DNA of 64,000 nucleotides. Source: Squalus acanthias. Lineage: Eukaryota. The stretch spans positions 118,608,001 through 118,672,000 of the forward strand of contig CM059432.1 of the NCBI GenBank assembly GCA_030390025.1. The letters run 5' to 3'. Shown one piece after another: positions 1 through 11,802 of the stretch. The notes under the pieces were generated by a model. That model was not told where the DNA came from and made no database searches. It worked only from the letters and a program-made list of their open reading frames with translations. Position 1 is the first letter of the stretch. Every line of letters starts with the position of its first letter. The position numbers and the translations under genes are program-made.

Positions 1-82
1 CCATTGCTTCTACCTTTTCCACTTCTACCGATATTTTGTCAGCATCCACCTCCTTAGTAAACACCGATACAAAGTACTCATT

Positions 83-545
83 GGCCCGAAAATTAGACCT
101 AATACGGGAGATTACGCACTGTGTAAGTTTATTTTTATAACTTTTAAAAAGAATTTAAATTTTTTCAAAAATTTAAACTTTTGTTTAAAGTGGTTAATTT
201 ATTTAACTATAGTTATTTTATTAATGTGATGGCTTTTTTTTAAATTTAATTGAGGTTTAGCTGTTTTTTTGGGGGCTTGTTGTATTCATAGTTTTGACAG
301 CTCTTCCTGTCAAAACTATGAATGAAAGATGGTGTGCTGCCATTGGCTCTAACTGGCCCACGTGATCCCAGAGGTAGCATCGAACTAACTGCGCCTCTGG
401 GACACGCACACACTGCGCGCCGACACCAGGGAGAGGCGCAGGAACTGAAGTTCGTGTGGGCCAAAACCATAAAGGTAGGCACGGAGTGCGATATCGCGGG
501 GGATCCTTACCCCCGCGGCAGCCATCGAAATCCAATTTCTGGGCC
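83..545. mobile_element. PIF/Harbinger-type MITE, 463 bp
   Basis: Left end ggcccgaaaatt; right end reverse complement ggcccagaaatt. 3-bp TSD ATT at 80-82 and 546-548. Removing it restores CR1 aaagtactcattgagtattc. Confidence 0.85.
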
Positions 546-1550
546 ATTGAGTATTCTAGCCTTGCCCTGCGCCTCTAAGCATAGATCACCTTCTTTGTCT
601 CCAATAGGCCCCACCTCGCCTCTTACTTACTGCTTACTGTTTACATGCCGGTAGAAGATTTTGGGGTTTCCTTTTATGTTAACCGCCATTCTACTCTCAT
701 ATTCTCTCTTTACCAATCTTATTTTCATCTTCACATCCCCTCTCAACTTATTGAATTTGGTCTGGTTCTCCCTTGAAGAATTCACCTGACATGCATTATA
801 CACCCTCTTTTTTTGTTTCATCATCTTCTCTATCTCCCTCATCATCATCCAAGGAGCCCTTGCTTTGGTTCCCTTACCCTTCCCTCTTGTTGGAATGTAC
901 CTAGCCTGTACTTGGAACATCTCCTCCTAAAAGATCACCCATTGTTCCGTTACAGTTTTTTCTCTCAGTCTTTGGTTCTATTTTACCCTGGCTAGATTCT
1001 TTTGCATCCCATTGAAGTTAGCCCTATTCCAGTTTAGAAATTCCACTCTAGGTTGTTCCTTGCTCTCTCCATTGCGAATCTAAATCTTATGAAACAATGA
1101 TCACTCATACCCAAGTGTTCACAGACACTTGTTCAACCTGGCTCACCTCATTCCCCAGCACCAGATCCAGCAATGCCTCCTTCCTAGTTGGGTCAAGAAT
1201 ATATTGGTCAAGGAAATTCTCCTGAACACATTTCAGAAATTCCTCTCCTTCCTTTCCCTTTACCCTAGCATTATCCCAATCGATATTTGGGTAATTAAAG
1301 TCCCCCAATATCACCACTCTATAGCTCTTGCATATCTCTACGATTTCCTTGCAGATTTGCCCCTCTACCTCCCTCTCACTATTTGGAGGCCTATAAAATA
1401 CCCCCAATAGCGTGATCATACCCTTTTTGGCCCTCAACTCTAACCAAATGGATTCTGTCCTTGTCCCCTCAAGAACATCCTCCCTTTCCAACACTACAAT
1501 GTCTTCCTTAATCAGCACTGCCACCCCACCTCCCTTTTTTCCTTCCCTAT

Positions 1551-1769
1551 TGACGTAAGAAAACTACTAGGCACTTGGTCTAAGCATTAAACAAAGCTTT
1601 AATCAACTGTTTTACAACATGGAGGTCTGGTTGTGTCCTTCACTAGTTCCTGTTAAGAATGTCCTGTGCAAGCTGGGCCCGTGCCCGAGTATTTATACTC
1701 TCCCTGGACAGTGCCACCCGCAGGCCACTCAGTATTATTTCATAAGTCATGAATGACAGATTCATGTCA
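1551..1769 (-). mobile_element. Solo LTR, 219 bp
   Basis: Ends TGAC...GTCA. Perfect 5-bp TSD CCTAT at 1546-1550 and 1770-1774. TATA-like (gtataaat) and attaaa motifs on the minus strand. Confidence 0.85.
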
Positions 1770-2721
1770 CCTATCTTTTCTGAACACCTTGTTTGCTTGA
1801 ATATTAAGTGCCCAGTCCTCACTGTTTTTAAGCCATGTTTCCATTATTGCCACAACATCATATTGCCACACGACTAATTGTGCTTGTAGCTCACCAACCT
1901 TATTCACCACACTTTGTGCGTTTACGTACATGCATTCTAAACCCATTTTTGAATTTTTCGTAGTCTTTCTTAGTCTGCTCCTATCTAATATGGTACTATT
2001 ACCGCCTCTAGTACTATCTTCTCTAGTACTATCCAAAACACTCACTCTTCTATTCACCTTATTCCTCTTTTCTACTCCTATGTGTTGGTGCCCATCCCTC
2101 TGCCAAGCTGGTTTAAACCTTCCCCACGAGAATATTGGTCCCAACTCTGTTGAGGTGTAACCCGTCCGTCTTGTACAGGTCCCATCTTCCCCAGAAATGG
2201 TCCCAGTGCCTCAGGAATCTAAAGCCCTCCCTCCTGCACCATCTCTCCAGCCACACATTCCTCTGTTCTATCCTTCTTGGCAGGGCAAAGTTATGGAGCA
2301 TATAGCTGATGACAATTATTCTTGAAGCCCTTGGGATTTGGGGGTTACCCTTCCCTCCCAAATCCCCAACAGTCGAGACAACTGAAGCACTAATCTTAAT
2401 GGAAGAATTGATACTTTGGTTGTAGCATGGGTTTGTTCTATACTTCTGAATTTGATTAATGTAAGAGTGCCAAGACCCATGGATGTAGTTGCTAACCATG
2501 ATCTCCTGGGAAACATCATTCCAATTTACCTTCCCTATAAATTAAGGTATCATGAGAGCTTCCTGGGAAGCGGGAATTGCCCGGCATTCTGTGCTGTTGG
2601 TCACATTACAGCGTAAAGAGTAAAATCCCTTTCAGTTCAGCATTGCTGCCCAAATGGCAACATAAGTGCAATTGATGGCCATCTAGGTTCTTTTAAAGAT
2701 ATGAGATTTGTAGAATGATGT

Positions 2722-2806
2722 GGACCTGAAACAATAACCCTACCTTCCTCTCTCCTCAGATGCTGCCTGACCTGCTGAGTGCTTCTAGCATTTTCTGGTT
2801 TTATAC
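2722..2806 (+). mobile_element. Degenerate Penelope terminal-repeat fragment
   Basis: gacctgaaac...cagatgctgcctgacctgctgagt matches the reverse complement of the Penelope termini at 42277, 44466 and 52654. The 5' half of the hammerhead core is decayed. Confidence 0.7.
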
Positions 2807-2993
2807 CTTTGGTCAAGTTGCTATCAGAAACAGTTTATTATAAAACAGCCTCAGGTTCTACTTTGCTGCAGTTATATGCCTGTACAGACAGAGATCATTA
2901 AATGATGTGTGCAACATGGTGGTTTCTGAGCTGCCAGGACCGTAAGGTGTGACATCAAGAGGTTGGCTGGTTTGGGCTGGAATGGGAGAACAA

Positions 2994-4090
2994 GGCCTAG
3001 AAATTTAATGAAGTTGCACCTGTTTTACAGGTGCAAAAACAGGCGCCAGCAGCGTTCAATATGACGGGCACATATTCTGAGTCAGAAGAGAAGCGACCGC
3101 CATATTGGTACAGGCATCAAAAGAAACGTCAGGGTCCATGCCTGAGATAGGCGTCAGGCTCTTTGCATATGCAAATAAGGGGCCTAACCCCTGTTTGATG
3201 GCTCCTTCACCAAATTGGTTTGCCCTCAACACTGCTGGCACTGAGCCGGTTGCGTTCAGGAAAACTGGGTCTACATGTGTCCTAACCAGTGGCCCTTAAA
3301 GTTTAAAAACATACTTAACTAAATATGGTGCCATGAGGTGCAGGACTGTTCCTCCCAGCTCCACATTAAAACCATGAGCTGCTGCCAGCTATTACTTTCC
3401 CCGCTGCCCACCACCGTCCCCCCCCCCCCCTCCTCGCACCCACCGATCGCTGACTCGACTCCCCTCCTGGACGTATTGCAAGACCTACCTGGGTCTCTCG
3501 AAATTCAAATGGTATTTTCTGGCAAGTTGCCTGGCGATGCCCAGCAGGTGTCTGCAGCTCACCAGTCTGATGTAAATGAGGCCTACCCATTCCAGTGCAG
3601 GGACTGATCCCTGCACCCAGTCCTCGTTGGCCAGAAACATTGCCGTCTTTTAGCAAATGACTAAATGGGTTGGCTAGAGGCCATAGTAGAGTAGATTATA
3701 TGTGGTCTGTGGAATGCATGGACTGGATAGAATTAGTAAAAGGTAATATGGCCTAATAATTCTTAAGGCCTTAGTACCAACTGCAACCTTTTCACAGATA
3801 GCCAAGGTTCTCAGATTAGGCTCCTTTGTGATCTACGACCACTCACAACAGGTAAACAGTCAATCCAAAGCTTAATTATCACAACACATTGTATCAAATT
3901 AAAATAAATTGTCATCCAGTGAAATGAATTAAAATAAAAACATATACCTGGAGTTCCCTGGAGTTCTTCTAATCTCCTGCCATAACTTAGTGGAACCCCC
4001 AGTGACTTTTTATGCCATTTCTCCAGGGTTCCTGTTCTTCTGCCAAAGTTGTGGCAGTAGATTGGGAGAACCCTGTGGAAATTCAGGGCC
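2994..4090. mobile_element. Possible degraded Harbinger-type element(s)
   Basis: Termini ggcctagaaattt (2994) and aaattcagggcc (4090) resemble other TIRs in the window. Flanks (CAA vs ATA) do not form a TSD, so these may be two unrelated ends. Confidence 0.35.
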
Positions 4091-6041
4091 ATAGATTAGA
4101 AAGTCAAAAAGAGTGCATTCCGATATAATGAAAATACAGCACATTAAATAACTTTACAAAATAGAATTATGCTAATTACACACACATTATAATATCTCAC
4201 CTATATACCCCCTCCACTTCTTCCGAGAGCCAGCTCACCATGCCCTATTGCCTCAACATTGCTCCCTCCTAGCACCAGGTCCTGGTTAGTTGATTTGCCC
4301 CAGGCCCCAGTCTGGCCTTCTACTGCCTTCTGGCCTGACTCCCTCACTCTGCACTAATCTCCAGTTTCCTAACTGTGCCTGTTATTGCAGTGCCTGGAAA
4401 GCAACTCCACACCCAGCCCCAGTAGTCATCTCCAATCCAATATAGTTTGCCTGCCATCTTGCTGCATGCTGTAGAGTTGTTTATATACACATATACACAC
4501 AAACATATATACATATATGAAAATCTACAGAGAGAGAAAGGAGGGAGATATACAGAAAAGGAACAAAAAGAGCAAGTAAAACTTACAGAAAGAAAACATG
4601 ACAAGGAGAGCTGGGAGCTAAGAGAAGTGCAGCAACAATAAGTGAAAGCGTTGTGAAAGACACAGAGAATGCAGCCAGGAAGAGTCAAACATAAGCAAAG
4701 ACAGAGGGAGACAGCAAGAATTAGGGAGTGTGAGACAACCAGGCAATTACAGCAAGATGGAAATGCAATCTTTATTTTAGTCCACGAGCAATGTCGCTGA
4801 AAATGAAGTAGTATTGTAAAAATACAATGGGAACTATAGGGATAACCAATACAAAGTGATGGTCTTTGGTTTGCTGAACAAGAGCCAGGACATTGCTATA
4901 GCTGCGTTAATTGTGGGTTGACTATGTTACTGCGAGTTTTTGGGAGAATGCCCACAATGTACGTTAACCAATGATATTGCCGGGTTTTTTTCTCAAATTG
5001 TGTAAATTGAGAAAACTGCTGCTTGCATAGCAGGCTGCCTGATGGGCTGTCTGTACCTATTAAGTAGCTGAGCAGCATTCAATTGGTTTTAGCTGCCACT
5101 TAAACCATTGTACTTGTACAAGAGAGAAGAGGGCACGGTCTGCAGCACTGTGAAATTTCTGCAAACGGGATGCTTCTTGAGTGAGAACCATTCACTGACA
5201 CAGCACTAGATCGACAAATACAGGCTCTCTTGTCCAGCTTCAACATGTGAATTCCTGCCTCAAGATTCTCTCAATCTGATCTCCCAGTAGATGTTTGCTT
5301 TCTGTCAGAACATAGGAACATAAGAACATAAGAACATAAGAAATAAGAGCAGGAGTCGGCCATTCGGCCCCTCGAGCCTGCTCCGCCATTCAATAAGATC
5401 ATGGCTGATCATCGACCTCAACTCTACTTTCCCGCCCGATCTCCATATCCCTTGATTCCCCTAGAGTCCAAAAATCTATCAATCTCAACCTTGAATATAC
5501 TCAAAGACTCAGGGCTGGATTTTCATTGACCCGTGGAGGCGGGTTTGGAGGCATGTGGGGGGTTAAAATTGCGAAAACTGGTGGGCTGGCACAAGCCCGC
5601 CTCCATCCCGCCTCCACACAATTTTCATTAAATCGTGTCTGCTGGTCCCGACTCCGTCCCGCCTCCAAGAGGCAGGATTGGCCGTTAAAGCCCTTAACAA
5701 GCACTAAATTGCTTCTATAATGCCATTTTGAAAGGCCTTTGTGATTTTCACCCTTTTTCCACGTAAAGCACGTCTGTTCTGAACCACGAATGTGAAACCT
5801 GGCGGTAGCACATTTGGATTGCTGACTATCAGCCGCAGTTCAACCATGAAATAGGAGATGTGATCAGCCATCATTTGCAGCTGGCAGGACTTTGTTGTCT
5901 GAGGTCTGGGGGAACTTTTATATGGCATAACCACCGCTGTGGAAGTTTGGAGCCTGACACCCATCTCCAGTGTGACCTCCTGGGAAACCCCTCTCGCCAC
6001 CTTGACTGAGCGCTTCCTCAACTGAGGCATATACCAGAAGC

Positions 6042-6263
6042 ATGGTAACCATTTATTTCCTTTCCTCCTGGACATCAGATTCAGATGAAGACCAGCCGTG
6101 GCAGCAGCAGAACCATGAACAACAGCACCACCAGCAGCAGCAGCATCAACAGGAGTGCCAAGCTGCTCCTCACCCACCTGAAGCTGCACAGGCCAGAAGG
6201 CGCCAGCGCACGACCACATTGCTGCCCGAGATGCAAGGGACGCACTTGACCAGATTTGCTTAG
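6042..6263 (+). pseudogene. Harbinger transposase remnant: Q/H-rich N-terminus joined to the extreme C-terminus, no DDE domain
   Basis: ORF MVTIYF...QQQNHEQQHHQQQQ. A shifted frame at the 3' end reads DHIAARDARDAL, resembling the transposase C-terminus at 63718-63760 (ARDRLI). Convergent to the Myb gene, as in the element at 61358. Confidence 0.6.
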
Positions 6264-6499
6264 CCTGCACAATCAAACATTTTTGCCTCGCACCTTCTTA
6301 TCAGACCATCAACAATGGCCATGAACCTGTGGATTCCTATCACTCTGACCACCATACTGACAATTGCAAGTCATCCTAAGCCCTCAATGTGGAAGTCCCA
6401 TTTGCGAAATGACAGACGCCACAACTTCAGCAGTTTGCCAGCAGAATTTTTAATCACACCAAGCAAGTGCTGGCATTTCAAGATTAAACACAACATTAC

Positions 6500-8474
6500 A
6501 CCCAAGTGACTACCCTTGTGACTACTGTGCATTATTTTTCTTTTACGCGTGCTCCTACGTGGTGCTTCCCCTGTGGCTTCAGCAGATGTGGAGGCCCCTT
6601 GCTCACTTTCTTGCTGCTCCTGCCTCGACACCATTGGCGGGCATCCTCTGGGGTTGCGAGCCTATGAGGGCTTGGCAACAGTCTGCTGCTCCTGTGGCTG
6701 TGCAGGGGTTGAGACGCCGATCTCAGTTGGGTGAGGACTCTGGTGGGGCTCTGACCGAGGGCTTTGCAGTGGCTTGGTCGTGTGAGCACTTGGAGAGGAG
6801 CCCTCACTTCCTTGTTGTCTGCCACCAACATCCCTCTCATGGGTCAGCCCCACCTCAGCACTTGCAAGTGGATTGCTGCACATCAGGGGGGCCATGGGGA
6901 CCCGTATCTGCACTGGAAGTCCTACTCAGAAGGACTTCCATGAAGGTGTGGTTTCTGTGTTCAATAGATGACCATCGCTCCTCAAGAGATGCCAGTCTAT
7001 TCTGAACAATGACAATGTTTTCTACACTCTGGCGACTTATCTCCTCCATAGCCGTAGCCATCCTCTCCTCTAGTGTAGCCATCCTTTCCACGGAGGATGC
7101 TATCCTTTCCGTGGTGATGCGTTCATACGCCAATGACTCCACAAGGCTCTGCTCATGTTTGCTATGGACTCCTCCATTCGCTCCACACTCGCAGCGACCC
7201 TGGAGACAAAACCTGCCAGAGACTCCTGCATCTGTTCCTGGAATTCCAGCACCGCTGATCTTATGGATGGACCCAGAGGCAGAGGGTCGACATGCAGCTG
7301 AGCCGAGCTAGGAGAGTCCTGCGCCCTCCAACTAGGACTCTCCACTGCTGTCCCTGTCTCCACTATCTGCTGATGCTCACTTGTGAGCTGTGATACACCA
7401 GGTGACAACACTACTCTATGTCCCGAGGGTCCCACCGAGGTGTGAGTGTCTGCGCTGGTGCTGGGTGCGCTGAATTCTGCTGACGCGGCAACCTCAGAGG
7501 TTGCAGCTTCCTCTGAGGAGTTGTAAGGCTCATGCTCTTCCTCCTGGACGGTGGGGACGGGTGCTCGCGATGGTCCTGTGGGGGAGTAAATTAAAGAGTC
7601 AGAGATGTGAGTCCAAGGTTACATGCACATTGCATATTGCAGATGATCATAAGTCAGTCTGCTGGAGCATCAGAATCATTATCAGTGACTCATGCAATGT
7701 CAATGAGAGAGATGATAAACTATTCTGTCACCAGGTTGCTCTGATGCACCCATCTGTCCGTCCCCCACTTGCGCATCCTCCTCCACTCCCATGATCTCCA
7801 GGACCGCCTCCTCCCAGGTGGTGAGCTGGGCTACTGAGGGTGGCCCTCCTCCTGTCCTCGCTCTTTCCCTCTTATTGTGAGCTCTCTTTTCCTGCAATGA
7901 GGGAGACAAGTGGAGTTTGAGTGAGAATGAAGGAGTGAGTGTAGAGAATCTATATCATTGATGGTTAGAAGGAGACAAATTCGGAGTGAGGTGGCAAGAC
8001 CATGGGCCCTCCCTATGTGTTCTAAGTTGTTTTCATAGCATCACAGCGATAGGGAGTGTGAGGGCTGAATAGTCGAATAGTTAGGTGAATGTGACCATAC
8101 AGAGAGAGGGAATGGGTAAGGGTGCAGGGATGTCAGTGTCAAGTGGGATGTGGAGGAAGAGGTTGTCAAAGCTGAGTGCTGGTGAGGAGAGGCAATGGGG
8201 ATCGGATTGAGGGTGATGTGAAATTCATACTCACTTTTCCAGTGCGCAGCAGGTCATGAAGCCTCTTCCTGCACTGAAGCCAGGTTCTGCGGGTTATGGA
8301 CAACGAGTTGACCTCCTCTGCCACCTGGATCCACACAGCCTTGGTTTGATGGGAAGGCTTCTTCCTCCCTGAAGAAGGGAAGAGCACCTCCTTATTAGCT
8401 CTGGCTCCCTCAATTAAAGCTTGCAGGGCGACGTCATCAAATTGAGGTGCAGACCTAGGTCTCTGGCTGGCCAT
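6500..8474 (-). pseudogene. Harbinger Myb/SANT-like DNA-binding protein gene, 3 exons (8474-8235, 7891-7732, 7575-~6500), frameshifted in exon 3
   Basis: Exon 1 is 80 codons (MASQRPRSAPQF...WIQVAEEVNS...RTWLQCRKRLHDL..GK) with donor GTGAGT. Exon 2 (EKRAHNKRERARTGGGP...LTTWEE) follows a ttgcag acceptor. A phase-1 join to exon 3 is in frame with ORF 7100-7435. Frameshift near 7145; C-terminal RRSTR motif. Confidence 0.88.
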
Positions 8475-10309
8475 TCTTCCTGCAGGTGCCTCTAACATGC
8501 AAAGGCAGAAGCTTGGCAGTCTGCAGAGGAAGCAAGGCTTGTTGCAGACCTTAAATGCAGCAGCAATGATGACGTCATCTGAAGCGACTTTCAGACTGAA
8601 AAAACTCACTGGCCATGGGTTCCCACACGTTGGAACTCAATTGGCCAATTATGTTAAAATCGCATCAATCTCCCACATTGATTTAGATTTGGGTGGCTAA
8701 CACGAAATGCGGATTACATGACCTCAGCCCGCCCCTGAATCAAAATCCAGCCCTCAGCATTCACAGCCCTCTGGGACAGAGAATTCCAAAGATTCACAAC
8801 CCTCTGAGTGAAGAAATTCCTCCTCATCTCAGTCTTAATTGGCTGACCCCTTATCCTGAGATTATGGCCCTGCTTTTTAGACTCTCCAGCCAGGGGAAAC
8901 AACCTCTCAGCATCTACCCTGTCAATCCCCTTCAGAATCTTGTATGTTTCAATGAGATCACCTCTCATTCTTCTAAATTCCAGGGAGTATAGGCCCATTC
9001 CACACAATCTCTCATCATAGGACAGCCCTCTCATCCCAGGAATCAATCTAGTGAACCTTTGTTGCACCGCCTCCAAGGCAAGTATATCCTTCCTTAGATA
9101 AGGAGACCAAAACTGTGCACTGTACTCCAGGTGTGGTCTCAACAAGGCCCTGTACAATTGTAGCAAGATGTCCTTACTCTTATACTCCAACCCCCTTGCA
9201 ATAAAGGCCAACATGCCATTTGCCTTCCTTATTGCTTGCTGTACCTGCATGCTAGCTTTCTGTGTTTCTTGCACAAGAACACCCAAATCTCTCTGAACAC
9301 CAACATTTGAAAGTTTCTCACCATTTAAAAAATATTCTGTTTTTCTATTCTTCCTACCAAAGAAAATAACCTCACATTTCCCTACATTATACTCCATCTG
9401 CCACCTTACTGCCCACTCACTTAGTCTGTCTATATCCCTTTGCGAACTCTTTGTGTTCTCCTCACAGCTTACTGTCCCACCTAACTTTGTATCATCAGCA
9501 AACTTGGATACATTACACTCGGTCCCTTCATCTAGGTCATTAATATAGATTGTAAATAGCTGAGGAATAGGAGCAGGAGTAGGCCATACAGCCCCTCGAG
9601 ACAGGTTGAGTAAGCAACCGCCAACCACAACAGCAGCAGACGTGGCTGAATCAATAATAGGGCCATCTTGGGAACCAGCTCAACCAGAAGCCCAGCAGCA
9701 CACTTACTCCTACGAAAAGGAGAATCACATATATGTCATCACAGTTCGGGGGTAGATGCACGACACAACACACATCTACTAAGGCAAGATACCATGCTTG
9801 CATTGCTGGTGGAGAAGCCTCAGATGCCAACATACAAAAGGCTCTTTTGTTCAACTTCAACATGCTAGAAGATCACATTTGAGAGAATCTGGAGGCAGAG
9901 ATTCACTCCATAGAAGTGGTGGGTGGTCGAGATGTGTGCATTTGGGTCAAGGTGTGGTGTTGTACCTGTTTGCAGAGGAGCCAGTATTTGGTCAAGGTGT
10001 GATGTTGTACCTTTTTTGCTTTGCTTTGAGACAGCAATTCCATCTGTGGCTTCTCCAGCCATGCCACTACTGCTCAGCATGTGCTTTTACCTACAACTGA
10101 CATGATACACAGCAAGGCAATAAATTGGTGGCACTTTGCCCAGAGAATGTGTTTGATCGTGTACAATAAGGTGGAAGCGTAACAACTGATGGCTAGTGAT
10201 AGTGATTGAGGAAGTGCAGAGGACAATGTTGCAGAAAGTTGCTTGAGGCACTTTCTCAGTTAAATGGGGTCATGCAGGGTTCTTTGAAATAGGCAACTCA
10301 GGTAATTAG

Positions 10310-11800
10310 CTAAATGCATCTTCAATGAGCAGCTGTTACACCAGTATTCCTAGCTGCAATATGGTTAATGCAGTTACATCATTATGGTCAATATCTGCCT
10401 CCTGCTCTGTCCTTCATTCCTGGTTGGCCTCCTCCTTTTCCATGATTAGGCATCTTATCCAAAGAGGTTCCAAAGTGGCTTGGGGGTCCAGGTACAAAAT
10501 AATCAAAAAGGCTAATAGAATGCTGGCCTTTATATCTAGAGGACTAGAATACAAGTGGGTAGATGTTATGCTGCAGCTATACAAAACCTTGGTTAGACCA
10601 CACCTGGAGTACTGTGAGCAGTTCTGGGCACCACACCTTAGAAAGGATATATTGGCCTTGGAGGGAGTGCAGCGTAGGTTTATCAGAATGATACCTGGAC
10701 TCTGGGGGTTAAATTACGAAGAGTGATTACACAAACTAGTGTTGCAGTCCCTGGAATTTGGAAGGTTAAGGGGTGATTTGATCAAAGTTTTCAAGATATT
10801 AAGGGGAACAGATAGGATAGATAGAGAGAAACTATTTCCCCTGGTTAGTGAGCCTAGGACTAGGGGGCATAGTATAAAAATTTGAGCCAGACCTTTCAAA
10901 AGTGAAATGAGGAAACAGTTCTACACACAAAGGGTGGTAGAAGTTTGGAACTCTCTTTCGCAAACGGCAATTGATGCTAGATCAATTGTTAATTTTAAAT
11001 CTGAGATTGATAGATTTTTGTTAACCAAAGCTATTAAGAGATATGGGACAAAGGCAGATACATGGAGTTAGGTCGCAGATCAGCCATGATCTCATTGAAT
11101 GGCGGAACAGGTTCGAGAGGTCTAAATGGCCTACTCCTGTTCCTATGTTCTTAAGTATAACAAAGTTGTGGCGCATACAGCAGATGATAATAAATTTGGA
11201 GACCCTGCAGGAATTATACTGTAAGATGTCCCTGCTCTGCTGAGGCATGTTCAATAATGGTATGATAAATAATGATCCTTTGTCTGAATGAGTCTGGTTG
11301 TGTCGGTGCTTTGTCCTGTCTGTGGCTGCCTTCATGTTATCATTAGCCATGGCTTATGAGGGTAGCGTTGTCTCCAAAGAACCATCCTTCCAGTCTCCTT
11401 TTGCCTTCAAATAAGGCTGGCCCAAAATGAGAGCATTTTGGTGCCCACTCTCCACGTAGCAGCCACATTTGCTTTCCACAGACCAAGGATGTTAGAGCAC
11501 CAACACTGACTGGCTGCACATTGTTGGAGCAGAATCTCTTTCTTTTCATGTAGAACATTGCTTAGGGTGCTGGAGAGCCACATGGGTGCCATGAATTACC
11601 CCCTTTACTTTCAGAAATCCAGTTGTCCAGTAAAATTAGGCAGCCCAGTCATGCTGCTGTTGCTGGTCAGTTGGGACAAGAGGGAGATGTTGGCCCTGCT
11701 AGATACATCTGTGTGCAGCAAATTGGCCAATACTGTTGATGGCCCCTGCACAGAGCCAGAGGCACTTATACTGTAATCTTTGTGAGCTCAAACTAGTATA
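10310..11800 (-). pseudogene. Old, degenerate Harbinger (HARBI1-family DDE) transposase, split by a CR1 fragment at 10491-11151
   Basis: Ordered motifs across frameshifts on the minus strand: ASGSVQG..QFAAHRCI, GVIHGTHVAL (GxIDGTH), KRKRFCSNNVQ (NRKGFHSINVQ), GWFFGDN..KPWLM (GWLLGDxGY..PWLM), LQYNSCRVSKFIIICCMRHN, then an acidic tail at 10310-10490. Confidence 0.8.
10491..11151 (+). mobile_element. CR1 LINE 3' fragment
   Basis: KKANRMLAFISRGLEYK..RPHLEYCEQFW; CR1 3'UTR cagccatgatctcattgaatggcgg...cctactcctgttcctatgttct. Confidence 0.93.
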
Positions 11801-11802
11801 AG

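Larger units (their letters stand above)
1..2280 (-). mobile_element. CR1 LINE fragment (end of ORF1 SGNH esterase, APE endonuclease and linker of ORF2), interrupted by a MITE (83-545) and a solo LTR (1551-1769)
   Basis: Minus-strand ORFs with FLRHWDHFWGRWDLYKTDGLHLN (esterase), YVNAQS..ETWL, YRPPNS, GDFNYPNIDW, LDLVL (APE endonuclease). CR1 sequence resumes exactly across both insertions. Confidence 0.93.
5512..8753. mobile_element. PIF/Harbinger DNA transposon, non-autonomous (Myb gene retained, transposase core deleted), 3242 bp
   Basis: Perfect 12-bp TIR gggctggatttt / aaaatccagccc. TSD TCA at 5509-5511 and 8754-8756. Contains a spliced Myb/SANT gene (-) and a convergent transposase remnant (+). 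Confidence 0.93.
5307..9563 (-). mobile_element. CR1 LINE 3' portion (RT C-terminal half, 3'UTR, octamer tail), split by the Harbinger element 5512-8753
   Basis: ORF 8714-9628 has [25 protein letters not shown]. Tail (aacataag)n at 5307-5345. CR1 is continuous across tcaaagactca|gcattcacag. Confidence 0.95.

Noticed and set aside
4470..4740. Purine-rich tract and short ORFs
   Set aside because: Low-complexity decayed microsatellite-like sequence.
6500..8474. Domesticated host gene such as NAIF1/MSANTD (also HARBI1 for 10310-11800 and 63718-64000)
   Set aside because: The Myb gene lies inside a TIR/TSD-bounded element, and all these sequences carry frameshifts or stops and have related copies in the window.
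9939..10020. Two-copy ~45-bp direct repeat (ggtcaaggtgtg.tgttgtacct)
   Set aside because: A simple local duplication in decayed sequence with no further structure.
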